Shown one piece after another: positions 1 to 8,019 of a stretch of DNA of 64,000 nt (the stretch's first letter is position 1; every line of letters starts with the position of its first letter). Source of the DNA: an uncultured Eubacteriales bacterium (GTDB lineage: Bacteria > Actinomycetota > Coriobacteriia > Anaerosomatales > PHET01); NCBI GenBank assembly GCA_964403885.1, contig CAYOHY010000001.1, positions 4,209-68,208 on the forward strand. The letters run 5' to 3'. The notes below the pieces were generated by a model. It was not told the DNA's origin. It did not search any database and was given only the letters and a program-made list of their open reading frames with translations. Position numbers and translations under genes: made by a program.

Positions 1-1
1 A

Positions 2-1039
2 CGACCTTCCAGTGGCGGCTTCACGCTCGCCGGGTACGGTCGTGCATCCATGCCGTTTGGCGCCGTGGTCGAAGGCGAGATCGTCGACCCCGAGGCCGTG
101 GGCTCGGCGATCGCCGGCCTGTGGAAGCAGGCGGGCTTCCGCTCCAAGGAAGTCGCCATCGGTGTGGCAAACCAGAAGGTGGTCGTCCGACTCATCGACC
201 TTCCGTTCATGGAGAAGGCAGAGCTCGCCGGCGCCATTCAGTACCAGGCCCAAGACTACATCCCGATCCCCGTGGAGGAGGCTATCCTCAGCTACGAGGT
301 GATCGGTGACTACATGACCCCGGCCGACGAGCACATGATGGAAGTGCTTCTCGTCGCGGCGTCGCGGGACATGATCAATGCGGCAGTCCAGACCGTCGAG
401 GCGGCTGGCCTCAGGCTTGAGCGCATCGACCTGACCGCATTCGCGCTCGTTCGCGCGCTCCTCGGAGTCGACGCACAGGTGCTTCCCGATGAGGACGCCG
501 GGGGAGCGACGGGCCTCATCCACATCACCTCGGGTCTCACGAACATCGCGGTGGTCGAAGGCGGCGTGCCCCGATTCACGCGTGTCTCGGCCCTGGGCGG
601 CAAGCAGTTCACTCAGGCCATCGCCAACGTGATGAACCTCACTTACGACGAAGCCGAGAGCATCAAGATCCAGGCGGGCCTGCCCAGCCTCGATGGATTG
701 CTCACGCCGGCCCCCGGGCTGGATCAGGAGGCGGCGCAGATCGCGCAGCAGGCCCTCGAGCGCGAGACGAACCGGTTCATCGCCGAGGTCCGGCGCTCGC
801 TTGACTACTATCTGACCCAAGCGACGCAGGTGCGCACGATCAAGCGTATCGTGCTCACGGGTAGTGCCTCGATGCTGCGCAACCTGCCAAACTACCTCGA
901 GAAGGGTCTCCAGACCCCCATCGTGCTCGGTGATCCGTTGGCACGCATCAATCTCGCGCCGTCGGCGGAACAGCTGGCACTTGAGGACCGGATGGGTTGT
1001 GCCCCGGCCGTGGGATTGGCCCTGGGGGGTGTCGGATAG
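2..1039 (+). CDS. pilM: Type IV pilus assembly ATPase-like protein PilM (5'-truncated by window edge)
   Basis: Frame stays open from nt 2. Actin/FtsA-like PilM-type sequence (…KVVVRLIDLPFMEKAELAGAIQYQAQDYIP…). Immediately followed by PilN and PilO homologs. Confidence 0.8.
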   Translation, partial: RPSSGGFTLAGYGRASMPFGAVVEGEIVDPEAVGSAIAGLWKQAGFRSKEVAIGVANQKVVVRLIDLPFMEKAELAGAIQYQAQDYIPIPVEEAILSYEVIGDYMTPADEHMMEVLLVAASRDMINAAVQTVEAAGLRLERIDLTAFALVRALLGVDAQVLPDEDAGGATGLIHITSGLTNIAVVEGGVPRFTRVSALGGKQFTQAIANVMNLTYDEAESIKIQAGLPSLDGLLTPAPGLDQEAAQIAQQALERETNRFIAEVRRSLDYYLTQATQVRTIKRIVLTGSASMLRNLPNYLEKGLQTPIVLGDPLARINLAPSAEQLALEDRMGCAPAVGLALGGVG

Positions 1040-1669
1040 ATGATCAGGATCAACCTCCTTCCTCCCGAGATAATCGAGCGCAGGAAGTACGACCGCTTCT
1101 ATCCGTATGTCATCGTCGCAACGGTGGTGCTCGTCGCGGTCATCGCGGGCATCTGGCTCGTGATGCAGCTGCTCATCAGCCAGCAGAACGACGTTCTTCA
1201 GCAGACCAAGGAGGCCACCGCCCAGCTCACCGCACAGGCGGAGTCCTACGCGATCTTCGAGCGCAAGGAGCAAGAGCTCAAGGCGCGCGAGTTGACCGCA
1301 CAGACGGCGCTCGCCGGTCGAGTCGATATGGGGCGTCTCGCTGAAGACATCTCGTTGGTCTTGCCGGACGAGGTGTGGACGCGCAAGGTGGTCTGCTCCC
1401 AGGAGACAGGCGTGTCGCTCGACGGCTACACGCCCATGGGCAAGTCGACGGGCGTCAAGGAGAACTACAAGTCGATCGCCGGCCTGCTCGTGAGGCTGGG
1501 ATTCGTGGAGGACCTGAGCGACATCTGGCTGAACAAGGCGCAGAGGGTCCAGCTTCAGGCCAGCAACTTTCAGCCTGACACCGTCAGCGCTGATGCCAGC
1601 GCGACCGTGTTGGAGTACAACGTGACCGCCAAGATCAACGGTGGGGCCTCGGCCTCGCAAGGGCAGTAG
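1040..1669 (+). CDS. pilN: Type IV pilus assembly protein PilN
   Basis: N-terminal MIRINLLPPEIIERRKY motif (the PilN INLLP signature) and a single TM helix. Start abuts the pilM stop. Confidence 0.75.
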   Translation: MIRINLLPPEIIERRKYDRFYPYVIVATVVLVAVIAGIWLVMQLLISQQNDVLQQTKEATAQLTAQAESYAIFERKEQELKARELTAQTALAGRVDMGRLAEDISLVLPDEVWTRKVVCSQETGVSLDGYTPMGKSTGVKENYKSIAGLLVRLGFVEDLSDIWLNKAQRVQLQASNFQPDTVSADASATVLEYNVTAKINGGASASQGQ

Positions 1670-1677
1670 GTGACACG

Positions 1678-2307
1678 ATGAATCTCTCTCCCAGGGACAG
1701 GCTCATCGCGTTCTCGGCCGCAGCAGTCCTCATCGTTATCGTTCTTATCGTCGTGCTCGTGGTTCCGCAGTTCGGCAAGTTGGGCGAGCTGTCATCGCAG
1801 ATCGCCACGGCGGAGCAGGAGTCCGATGCGGCGCGCACACTGCTCGACCAGAGGCGACAGGTCAAAGACAACGCCGCGATCACCGATCAGACGCTTATCG
1901 AGTTGGCGAACGCGGTTCCGGAGAACCCTGAGCTGCCGTCGTTGATCATCGAGATCCAGGACACGGCGTACGCCTCCGGGGTTCTTGTCAGGTCGGTCAC
2001 GCCCAACGCGCCGGTTCAGGCGTCTGCGACGGCCGCCATTCAGATGCCGATGGAGCTCCAGGTGGCAGGCACGTGGGCGGACACCGTCGACTTCCTGCAG
2101 CAGCTGCAGAAGCTGACTCGTCAGGTGCGGATCGTCGACTTCACCTCCGAGACGATGAACCTCACTGATGCCTCGGCGCTTGAGATCAAGACGCCTCCGT
2201 ACTACCCGGTGGCAACGACCATCAGGCTCGAGACGTACGTCATTCCCGCAGCTTCCGCAACCGGTTCATCGACCGCCGCGCCGGCCGCCCCGGCGCCGGC
2301 GCAGTAG
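1678..2307 (+). CDS. pilO: Type IV pilus assembly protein PilO
   Basis: Short cytoplasmic N-terminus, TM helix, then a coiled-coil periplasmic-type domain. Sits in the PilM-PilN-PilO order. Confidence 0.65.
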   Translation: MNLSPRDRLIAFSAAAVLIVIVLIVVLVVPQFGKLGELSSQIATAEQESDAARTLLDQRRQVKDNAAITDQTLIELANAVPENPELPSLIIEIQDTAYASGVLVRSVTPNAPVQASATAAIQMPMELQVAGTWADTVDFLQQLQKLTRQVRIVDFTSETMNLTDASALEIKTPPYYPVATTIRLETYVIPAASATGSSTAAPAAPAPAQ

Positions 2308-2321
2308 AGAGGGGACGGATC

Positions 2322-2924
2322 GTGGTCGATTCTTTCAACACGCCGGACCCCGCGCTTGAAGCACCGGCACCTGAGCCCAAGAAGGGGCTCGCGGGGTTCT
2401 TCGCGAGCACCACGGGCAAGCTGGTCATCGGCGGCGTCGCGCTGATCTTGATCGGCGGCGCCATCGCAGCGATTCTGTTCTTCTTCGTGTTCGGGCAGGA
2501 CACGTCGTCCTCGGACAACGGTGTGGTCGTTCCGCCGGTCACGACGTCGACCGCCGGACAGAGCCAAGAGACGAGCCCCACCGAGCGACCCGCAGAGCCG
2601 TGGGCGGACACGTTCGCCTTCCGCAACATCTTCCAGCCAACGGTCAAGGTGTCCATGTCGGTCGACGCGTCGTCCACCGGATCGAGCGGATCATCGAGCA
2701 CCGTGGACGTTCCCGCCGATACCCTGTTCCTCGTGAGTGTCTCGACGCAGGACGGCAAGGACGTTGCCGAGCTGGTCTGGAACGGAACCACGTACGTGCT
2801 CGCTGAGGGCGATACCATCCCGGATACCCCGTGGAAGGTTCTGAGCATCTCAGGGGACACCGTGGTCATGCTGTTCGGTGACAGCCGCGTGACGCTGACG
2901 GTCGGTCAGGGCATCGCCAAGTAG
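2322..2924 (+). CDS. Membrane-anchored protein with C-terminal beta-rich domain (PilP-like / pilus-cluster hypothetical)
   Basis: GTG start with AGAGGGGA RBS. N-terminal ~35 aa, one TM (LVIGGVALILIGGAIAAILFFFVF), a Ser/Thr-rich linker, then a beta-strand-rich domain. Fourth gene of the pil operon. Confidence 0.45.
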   Translation: MVDSFNTPDPALEAPAPEPKKGLAGFFASTTGKLVIGGVALILIGGAIAAILFFFVFGQDTSSSDNGVVVPPVTTSTAGQSQETSPTERPAEPWADTFAFRNIFQPTVKVSMSVDASSTGSSGSSSTVDVPADTLFLVSVSTQDGKDVAELVWNGTTYVLAEGDTIPDTPWKVLSISGDTVVMLFGDSRVTLTVGQGIAK

Positions 2925-2929
2925 GCTCG

Positions 2930-2952
2930 TTGTGACCCGGCTCTGCTAGAAT
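2930..2952 (+). promoter_or_regulatory. Putative promoter of the aro operon (TTGTGA … extended -10 TGCTAGAAT)
   Basis: TTGTGA and TGnTAGAAT elements lie 40-60 nt upstream of the aroC ATG. The spacer is short, so this rests on the extended -10. Confidence 0.25.
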
Positions 2953-2989
2953 CTGCGCACGCTTCGCACCTGCGGAAAGGGTCTCGAGC

Positions 2990-4138
2990 ATGCGCTACAC
3001 CACCGCCGGGGAATCACATGGTCGGGCGCTGACGGCGATCGTCAGCCACGTCCCTGCCGGCATCACCATCGATATCGCTTCGATCGACGCCGACTTGGCT
3101 CGCCGTCAGAGCGGCTACGGCCGAGGCGGCCGGCAACGCATCGAGACCGACCGAGTCACCATCTTGTCCGGGGTGCGTTTTGCCAAGTCGATAGGGAGTC
3201 CTATCGCGCTGGCGGTCGCGAATCGTGACTGGGACAACTGGCTCGAGATCATGGCCGTCTCAGGGGACAAGCCCGAGGGCATCCGCGAGACGCATCCACG
3301 CCCGGGGCACGCCGATCTGAGCGGCGTCCTCAAGATCGACTCGGATGACACGCGCGACATCCTTGAGCGCGCGAGCGCGCGAGAGACCGCCGCCAGGGTC
3401 GCCGCGGGCGGTGTCGCCAAGGCACTGCTTCGCGACCTGGGCGTCGAGGTGGGCTCGTACGTCGAGTCCATCGGAGGGGTGCTCGCGGCTCCTATCGACG
3501 CCGGTACCGTCGATGCCGCCGCCGTTGAGGCAAGCGACGTACGGTGCCCTGACCCGGCGGCGAGCGAGCGTATGCGACGCGCGATCGACCAAGCGCGCGC
3601 CGACGGTGAGTCGCTCGGTGGAACGTTCGTGGTCTATGCGCGAGGCGTGGTTCCGGGTCTTGGGACGTACGCTGAGCCCGACCGGCGGCTGGACAGCGCC
3701 TTGGTGTCGGCGATGGTGTCGATACCAGCCATCAAGGGTGTCGAGATCGGTGATGGTTTTGCGGCCGCGGCCGGTGTGGGCAGCCAGGCCCATGACGCGA
3801 TCTTCCACGACGCGGACCGAGGCATCTATCGCACCACGAATCACGCTGGCGGGCTCGAGGGCGGCATGTCCAACGGCGAGACGGTCGTGGTCCGTGCGGC
3901 CATGAAGCCGATCCCCACGCTGATGCGACCGCTTCCCAGCATTCATCTCGACACCATGGAGGCCGTCGACGCGAGCAAGGAGCGCAGCGACGTCTGCGCC
4001 GTGCCTGCTGCTGCGGTGGTGGGTGAGGCCGAGGTCGCCTTCGCTCTGGCCGCCGCCTACATGGACAAGTTCGGTGGCGACTGCGTGCCGGACATGCTCG
4101 ACGCGATCGCTCGATATCGTGAGCGGATCTCCCGGTGA
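2990..4138 (+). CDS. aroC: Chorismate synthase
   Basis: MRYTTAGESHGRAL… N-terminus and the G(E)SHG signature. Full-length, 382 aa. Confidence 0.95.
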   Translation: MRYTTAGESHGRALTAIVSHVPAGITIDIASIDADLARRQSGYGRGGRQRIETDRVTILSGVRFAKSIGSPIALAVANRDWDNWLEIMAVSGDKPEGIRETHPRPGHADLSGVLKIDSDDTRDILERASARETAARVAAGGVAKALLRDLGVEVGSYVESIGGVLAAPIDAGTVDAAAVEASDVRCPDPAASERMRRAIDQARADGESLGGTFVVYARGVVPGLGTYAEPDRRLDSALVSAMVSIPAIKGVEIGDGFAAAAGVGSQAHDAIFHDADRGIYRTTNHAGGLEGGMSNGETVVVRAAMKPIPTLMRPLPSIHLDTMEAVDASKERSDVCAVPAAAVVGEAEVAFALAAAYMDKFGGDCVPDMLDAIARYRERISR

Positions 4139-4650
4139 CCAGGCACATCTTCCTCGTTGGATTCATGGGTGCAGGCAAGTCGACGGTCGGACGGGTCGTC
4201 GCGCAGCGTCTCGCGCGCCCGTTCGTCGACCTGGATGAACGCATCGAGGCTGTCGCGGGACGTACGATCCGCGAGATATTCGAGACCGACGGCGAGGAGG
4301 CGTTTCGCGCACTGGAGACCGCCGCGCTTGAGGCGCTGAGCGGGGAGGCGCCGAGCGTGGTCGCCTGTGGCGGGGGAGTGGTGATTCGTCCCGAGAACCG
4401 CGCCGTTCTCAAACGTGACGGCGTCACGGTGTACCTGCAGGTCACCGCGGGTGAGGCGATCGCACGCGTTGGGGACACGGGTACACGGCCCCTGCTCTCC
4501 GGCCCCGGGGCATCACTTGCCGCGACGACGCTGCTGGCCGCTCGGGAGTCGCTCTATCGTACGGCGGCGGACGTGACCATCGATACGGTCAGCCGTGACG
4601 CCGACGAGGTTGCCGACATGATCATCGATTCGATCGGAGCCGTTGGATGA
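4135..4650 (+). CDS. aroK: Shikimate kinase
   Basis: Walker A motif GFMGAGKSTVG. 171 aa. 4-nt overlap with aroC. Confidence 0.9.
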   Translation: MTRHIFLVGFMGAGKSTVGRVVAQRLARPFVDLDERIEAVAGRTIREIFETDGEEAFRALETAALEALSGEAPSVVACGGGVVIRPENRAVLKRDGVTVYLQVTAGEAIARVGDTGTRPLLSGPGASLAATTLLAARESLYRTAADVTIDTVSRDADEVADMIIDSIGAVG

Positions 4651-5750
4651 GCTGCATCGATGTCCGGGTGGCCGTCCCGGGAGCCGAATACGACGTGACC
4701 ATCGGTCCGGGGGTCCTCGGCGAGGTAGGTGCGCGTGTCCGTGCGGTCACGCAAGCGCCCATGGTGGCGCTCGTCACTGACGCGAACGTGGGGGCAAGGT
4801 TCGCCCAGCAGGTCGACATCTCGCTCGCTCGGGCGGGTTTCAAGGTCCTGTCCCTCACGGTTCCCGCGGGCGAATCCACCAAGAGTTGGTCGGTCGCCGG
4901 GGAGCTGCTCGAGGCTATGGCGAAAGGCGGGCTCTCGAGAACCGATGCCGTGGTCGCCTTGGGCGGCGGAGTTGTCGGCGATCTGGCCGGCTTTGTCGCC
5001 TCGGTATACCAGCGCGGCATCGACTTCGTGCAGATTCCCACGACCTTGCTTGCCATGGTCGATTCGTCTGTCGGAGGCAAGACCGCCGTCGACCTGGCTG
5101 CCGGAAAGAACCTTGCGGGCGCGTTCAAGCAGCCGCTGTCGGTACTCGCCGACACGGCGGTTCTTGCGTCGCTCCCCGAGTCCGAGTGGCTCAGTGGGCT
5201 TGCCGAGGTCGCAAAGACCGCGGTGCTCGACGGCGAGGAGTTCATGGAGTGGCTTGAGGCCAACGCGAGCGCGGTTCTCGCTCGCGAGGAATCCGTCGTG
5301 ACCGAGATCGTCAGGCGTTGCGTGGTGTTCAAGGCAGGCGTCGTCGCACGCGACGAGAGGGAAGAGGGACCCAGGGAGTGCCTCAACTACGGGCACACGC
5401 TCGGACACGCGATCGAGAAGGAGCTTGGTTACGGCACCGTGACGCACGGGGCGGCGGTGGCCGAGGGGATGCGATTCGCGGCCAGGCTTTCCGTCCAGGC
5501 GGGTCATGCCTCCACCGACTTCGTGAAGCGGCAGGACCATCTGCTCGACGCGCTGGGGTTGAAGGCCATCACGCAACGGGTACAGCCCGGGGTGGCCCTC
5601 TCGGCGATGCGCGGCGACAAGAAGTCGCGTTCCGGCGTCGTGCGCATGGTGTTGGTTGACGGACCGGGGCTGTGGCGGTGCGAGCCGGTGGATGACGTGA
5701 TCATGACCGCCCATCTGGATGCGTGGGCGGCGACGAAGGCGGGAGCGTGA
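4647..5750 (+). CDS. aroB: 3-dehydroquinate synthase
   Basis: 367 aa. NAD-binding [11 protein letters not shown] motif and metal-binding HTLGHA motif. ATGA overlap with aroK. Confidence 0.9.
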   Translation: MSCIDVRVAVPGAEYDVTIGPGVLGEVGARVRAVTQAPMVALVTDANVGARFAQQVDISLARAGFKVLSLTVPAGESTKSWSVAGELLEAMAKGGLSRTDAVVALGGGVVGDLAGFVASVYQRGIDFVQIPTTLLAMVDSSVGGKTAVDLAAGKNLAGAFKQPLSVLADTAVLASLPESEWLSGLAEVAKTAVLDGEEFMEWLEANASAVLAREESVVTEIVRRCVVFKAGVVARDEREEGPRECLNYGHTLGHAIEKELGYGTVTHGAAVAEGMRFAARLSVQAGHASTDFVKRQDHLLDALGLKAITQRVQPGVALSAMRGDKKSRSGVVRMVLVDGPGLWRCEPVDDVIMTAHLDAWAATKAGA

Positions 5751-5754
5751 CGCG

Positions 5755-6195
5755 ATGAGCCGGATCCTTGTGATGAATGGTCCTAACCTGAACCTGCTGG
5801 GTACGCGCGAACCCGAGGTCTACGGCGCGGATACGCTCGCCGATGTTGAGACGATGCTCGGCTCACTGGCGGCTGAGCTTGGAGTCGAGGTGGCTTTCGT
5901 CCAGAGCAATCACGAGGGCGTTTTGACCGATGCGCTTCATGAGGCGCGCGGCGAGTTCGATGCGGTGGTCTTCAATCCCGGGGCCTTCACCCACTACTCC
6001 ATCGCGTTGCGAGACGCCATCTCGTCGGTGGGCCTGCCGGTGGTCGAGGTGCATCTGTCGAACATCCATGCCCGCGAGGAGTTCAGGCATCGCAGCGTTC
6101 TCGCAGCCGTGTGCGCGGGGCAGATCTCGGGGTTCGGCATCAACAGCTACGCGCTGGGACTTCGAGCGGCCGTCGATCTGGTCGGCGGTCGCTGA
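5755..6195 (+). CDS. aroQ: Type II 3-dehydroquinate dehydratase
   Basis: [24 protein letters not shown] is the typical AroQ N-terminus. Start placed at the internal ATG, 36 nt into the ORF-track ORF. Confidence 0.9.
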   Translation: MSRILVMNGPNLNLLGTREPEVYGADTLADVETMLGSLAAELGVEVAFVQSNHEGVLTDALHEARGEFDAVVFNPGAFTHYSIALRDAISSVGLPVVEVHLSNIHAREEFRHRSVLAAVCAGQISGFGINSYALGLRAAVDLVGGR

Positions 6196-7283
6196 TGGAC
6201 GCGGCACGCAGGATTTCGGCGCTACGGTCCCGTCTCGACGCGGACAGCATCCCCGCCATGATGGTGACCGACCCGGCGAACGTCGCCTACCTCACCGGCT
6301 TCGAGGGGGTGTTCGACTCCGAGGACGCCCACGCGGTCATCGTCACCCAAGACTCGACCCTGCTCTACACCGACACCCGGTACTCGGCTGCGGCCACAGC
6401 GGCTGCCGCCGGCACCGCCTGGGAGATCCGGGTTCCCCGAGAGAACCTCTACATCACGCTGTGCGCCGACCTCGAGCGTGATGGTATCGACAGCATGGCC
6501 ATCGAGACCTCAGTGCCCTACGGCCGCTTCCGGTTCCTCTCCGAGAAGTTCGCGGGCAAGCTCGAGCCGCTGGATCAGTGGGTCGAGGAGATCCGGCAGA
6601 TCAAGGAAGCCGATGAGATCGCGCGTATCGCTGCCGCGCAAGAGCTGACCGATCGCGCCTTCGACCACATCCTCGGGGTGATCAGCGTTGGTGTGACCGA
6701 GCGCGAGATCGCCCTCGAGCTCGAGTTCTTCATGCGCCGCAACGGCAGCGAGGGCGTGGCCTTCGACGCGATCGTGGCCAGCGGACCCAACTCGGCATTG
6801 CCGCACGCGAAGGTGACCGACCGCGCGGTGGGGAGCGGCGAGCTGCTCAAGATGGACTTCGGCGCCAAGATCGACGGGTACTGTGCCGACATGACGCGCA
6901 CCGTGGTGGTGGGTTCGGCGAGCGACAGGCAGCGTGAGATCTACGAAGCGGTGCTTGCCGCCAACATCGCGGGGATCGAGGCCGTCAGGCCCGGTCTGCC
7001 GGGCAAGGCGATCGATGCGGCCGCTCGCGCCGTCATCGAGGAGCGCGGTTTTGGTGAGCGCTTCGGGCATGGTCTGGGTCACGGGGTGGGCAGGGAAGTG
7101 CACGAGCTGCCTGGCGTGGGTCCCCGCGCGACAAAGAGCGTGCTCGCGGGTAGCGTCATCACCGTGGAGCCGGGCATCTATGTGCCGGGTTTCGGCGGTG
7201 TTAGAATTGAGGACTTGGTGGTCGTAGAAGAGGGTGGGGCCCGCGTGCTCACCCGTTCGACCAAGGACCTCATCGAGCTGTAG
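6195..7283 (+). CDS. pepP: Xaa-Pro aminopeptidase (M24B family)
   Basis: Creatinase/prolidase N-terminal domain plus M24 pita-bread fold motifs (HGLGHGVG, VEPGIY). ATGA overlap with the aroQ stop. Confidence 0.85.
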   Translation: MDAARRISALRSRLDADSIPAMMVTDPANVAYLTGFEGVFDSEDAHAVIVTQDSTLLYTDTRYSAAATAAAAGTAWEIRVPRENLYITLCADLERDGIDSMAIETSVPYGRFRFLSEKFAGKLEPLDQWVEEIRQIKEADEIARIAAAQELTDRAFDHILGVISVGVTEREIALELEFFMRRNGSEGVAFDAIVASGPNSALPHAKVTDRAVGSGELLKMDFGAKIDGYCADMTRTVVVGSASDRQREIYEAVLAANIAGIEAVRPGLPGKAIDAAARAVIEERGFGERFGHGLGHGVGREVHELPGVGPRATKSVLAGSVITVEPGIYVPGFGGVRIEDLVVVEEGGARVLTRSTKDLIEL

Positions 7284-7329
7284 ACAACCGCCCGCGTCGT
7301 GCGGGCGAGAGCGTGAAGGAGCATCACAA

Positions 7330-7890
7330 GTGCCTGTTACCACCGCGCAGTTCAAGAACGGCATGTGCATCGTCCACGAGGGCAAGCGTTGGGTCATCAT
7401 CGAGTTCCAGCACGTGAAGCCGGGCAAGGGCGGCGCATTCGTGCGCACCAAGCTCAAGGAGCTTCAGAGCGGGCGCGTGGTCGACTACACGTTCCGCGCG
7501 GGTGAGAAGTTCGATGACGTACGCATCGAGACCAAGAAGATGCAGTACCTCTACAACGACGGCGCCGCCTTCCACTTCATGGACAACAACACCTACGAGC
7601 AGGTCGAGCTGGACGCCGACTTCGTGGGCGAAGCTGCCAAGTGGCTCAAAGAGAACGACGAGGTCGAGATCCAGACCGCGGACGGCGAGTACATGGGTGT
7701 CGAGCCGCCGATGTTCGTCGAGCTCGAGGTCACCGAGACCGACCCCGGCTTCAAGGGCGACACCGTTCAGGGCGGCACCAAGCCCGCGACCCTCGAGACC
7801 GGTGCCGTCGTGCAGGTCCCGATGTTCGTGAACACGGGCGACAAGCTCAAGATCGATACTCGTGACGGGCGCTACATCACTCGCGTCTAG
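7330..7890 (+). CDS. efp: Elongation factor P
   Basis: GTG start 9 nt after a GAAGGAG RBS. VTTAQFKNGMCIVHEGKRWVIIEFQHVKPGKGGAFVRTKLK is canonical EF-P. Confidence 0.95.
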   Translation: MPVTTAQFKNGMCIVHEGKRWVIIEFQHVKPGKGGAFVRTKLKELQSGRVVDYTFRAGEKFDDVRIETKKMQYLYNDGAAFHFMDNNTYEQVELDADFVGEAAKWLKENDEVEIQTADGEYMGVEPPMFVELEVTETDPGFKGDTVQGGTKPATLETGAVVQVPMFVNTGDKLKIDTRDGRYITRV

Positions 7891-7908
7891 TTTCTGGGAA
7901 TCATCGAA

Positions 7909-7942
7909 GCCGGGCGAGGTCGCAGGTGTGGACCCGCCCGGC
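7909..7942 (+). terminator. Stem-loop after efp (intrinsic-terminator-like, weak U-tract)
   Basis: GCCGGGCG(a)GGTC-gcaggtgtg-GACC(c)CGCCCGGC, about 12 bp with one mismatch. Followed by CTCGTATATACT. Confidence 0.4.
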
Positions 7943-8019
7943 CTCGTATATACTCTTCGGACTACGCATGGATACGCATGCGAGGCCGCTCGCTTGAGCA
8001 AGGGGACGGGATAACCGCG

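Noticed and set aside
4554-5714. 386-aa minus-strand ORF antisense to aroB; similar long antisense ORFs include 6510..7457, 7324..8472, 8482..10032, 10066..11412, 17605..18843, 25613..27178, 34238..35977, 41693..42772, 44857..46296, 55720..57015 and 59614..60501.
   Set aside because: They are Arg/Gly/Asp/His-rich translations typical of the reverse frame of high-GC genes. Each is fully contained in a confidently identified plus-strand gene and has no RBS or recognisable motifs.
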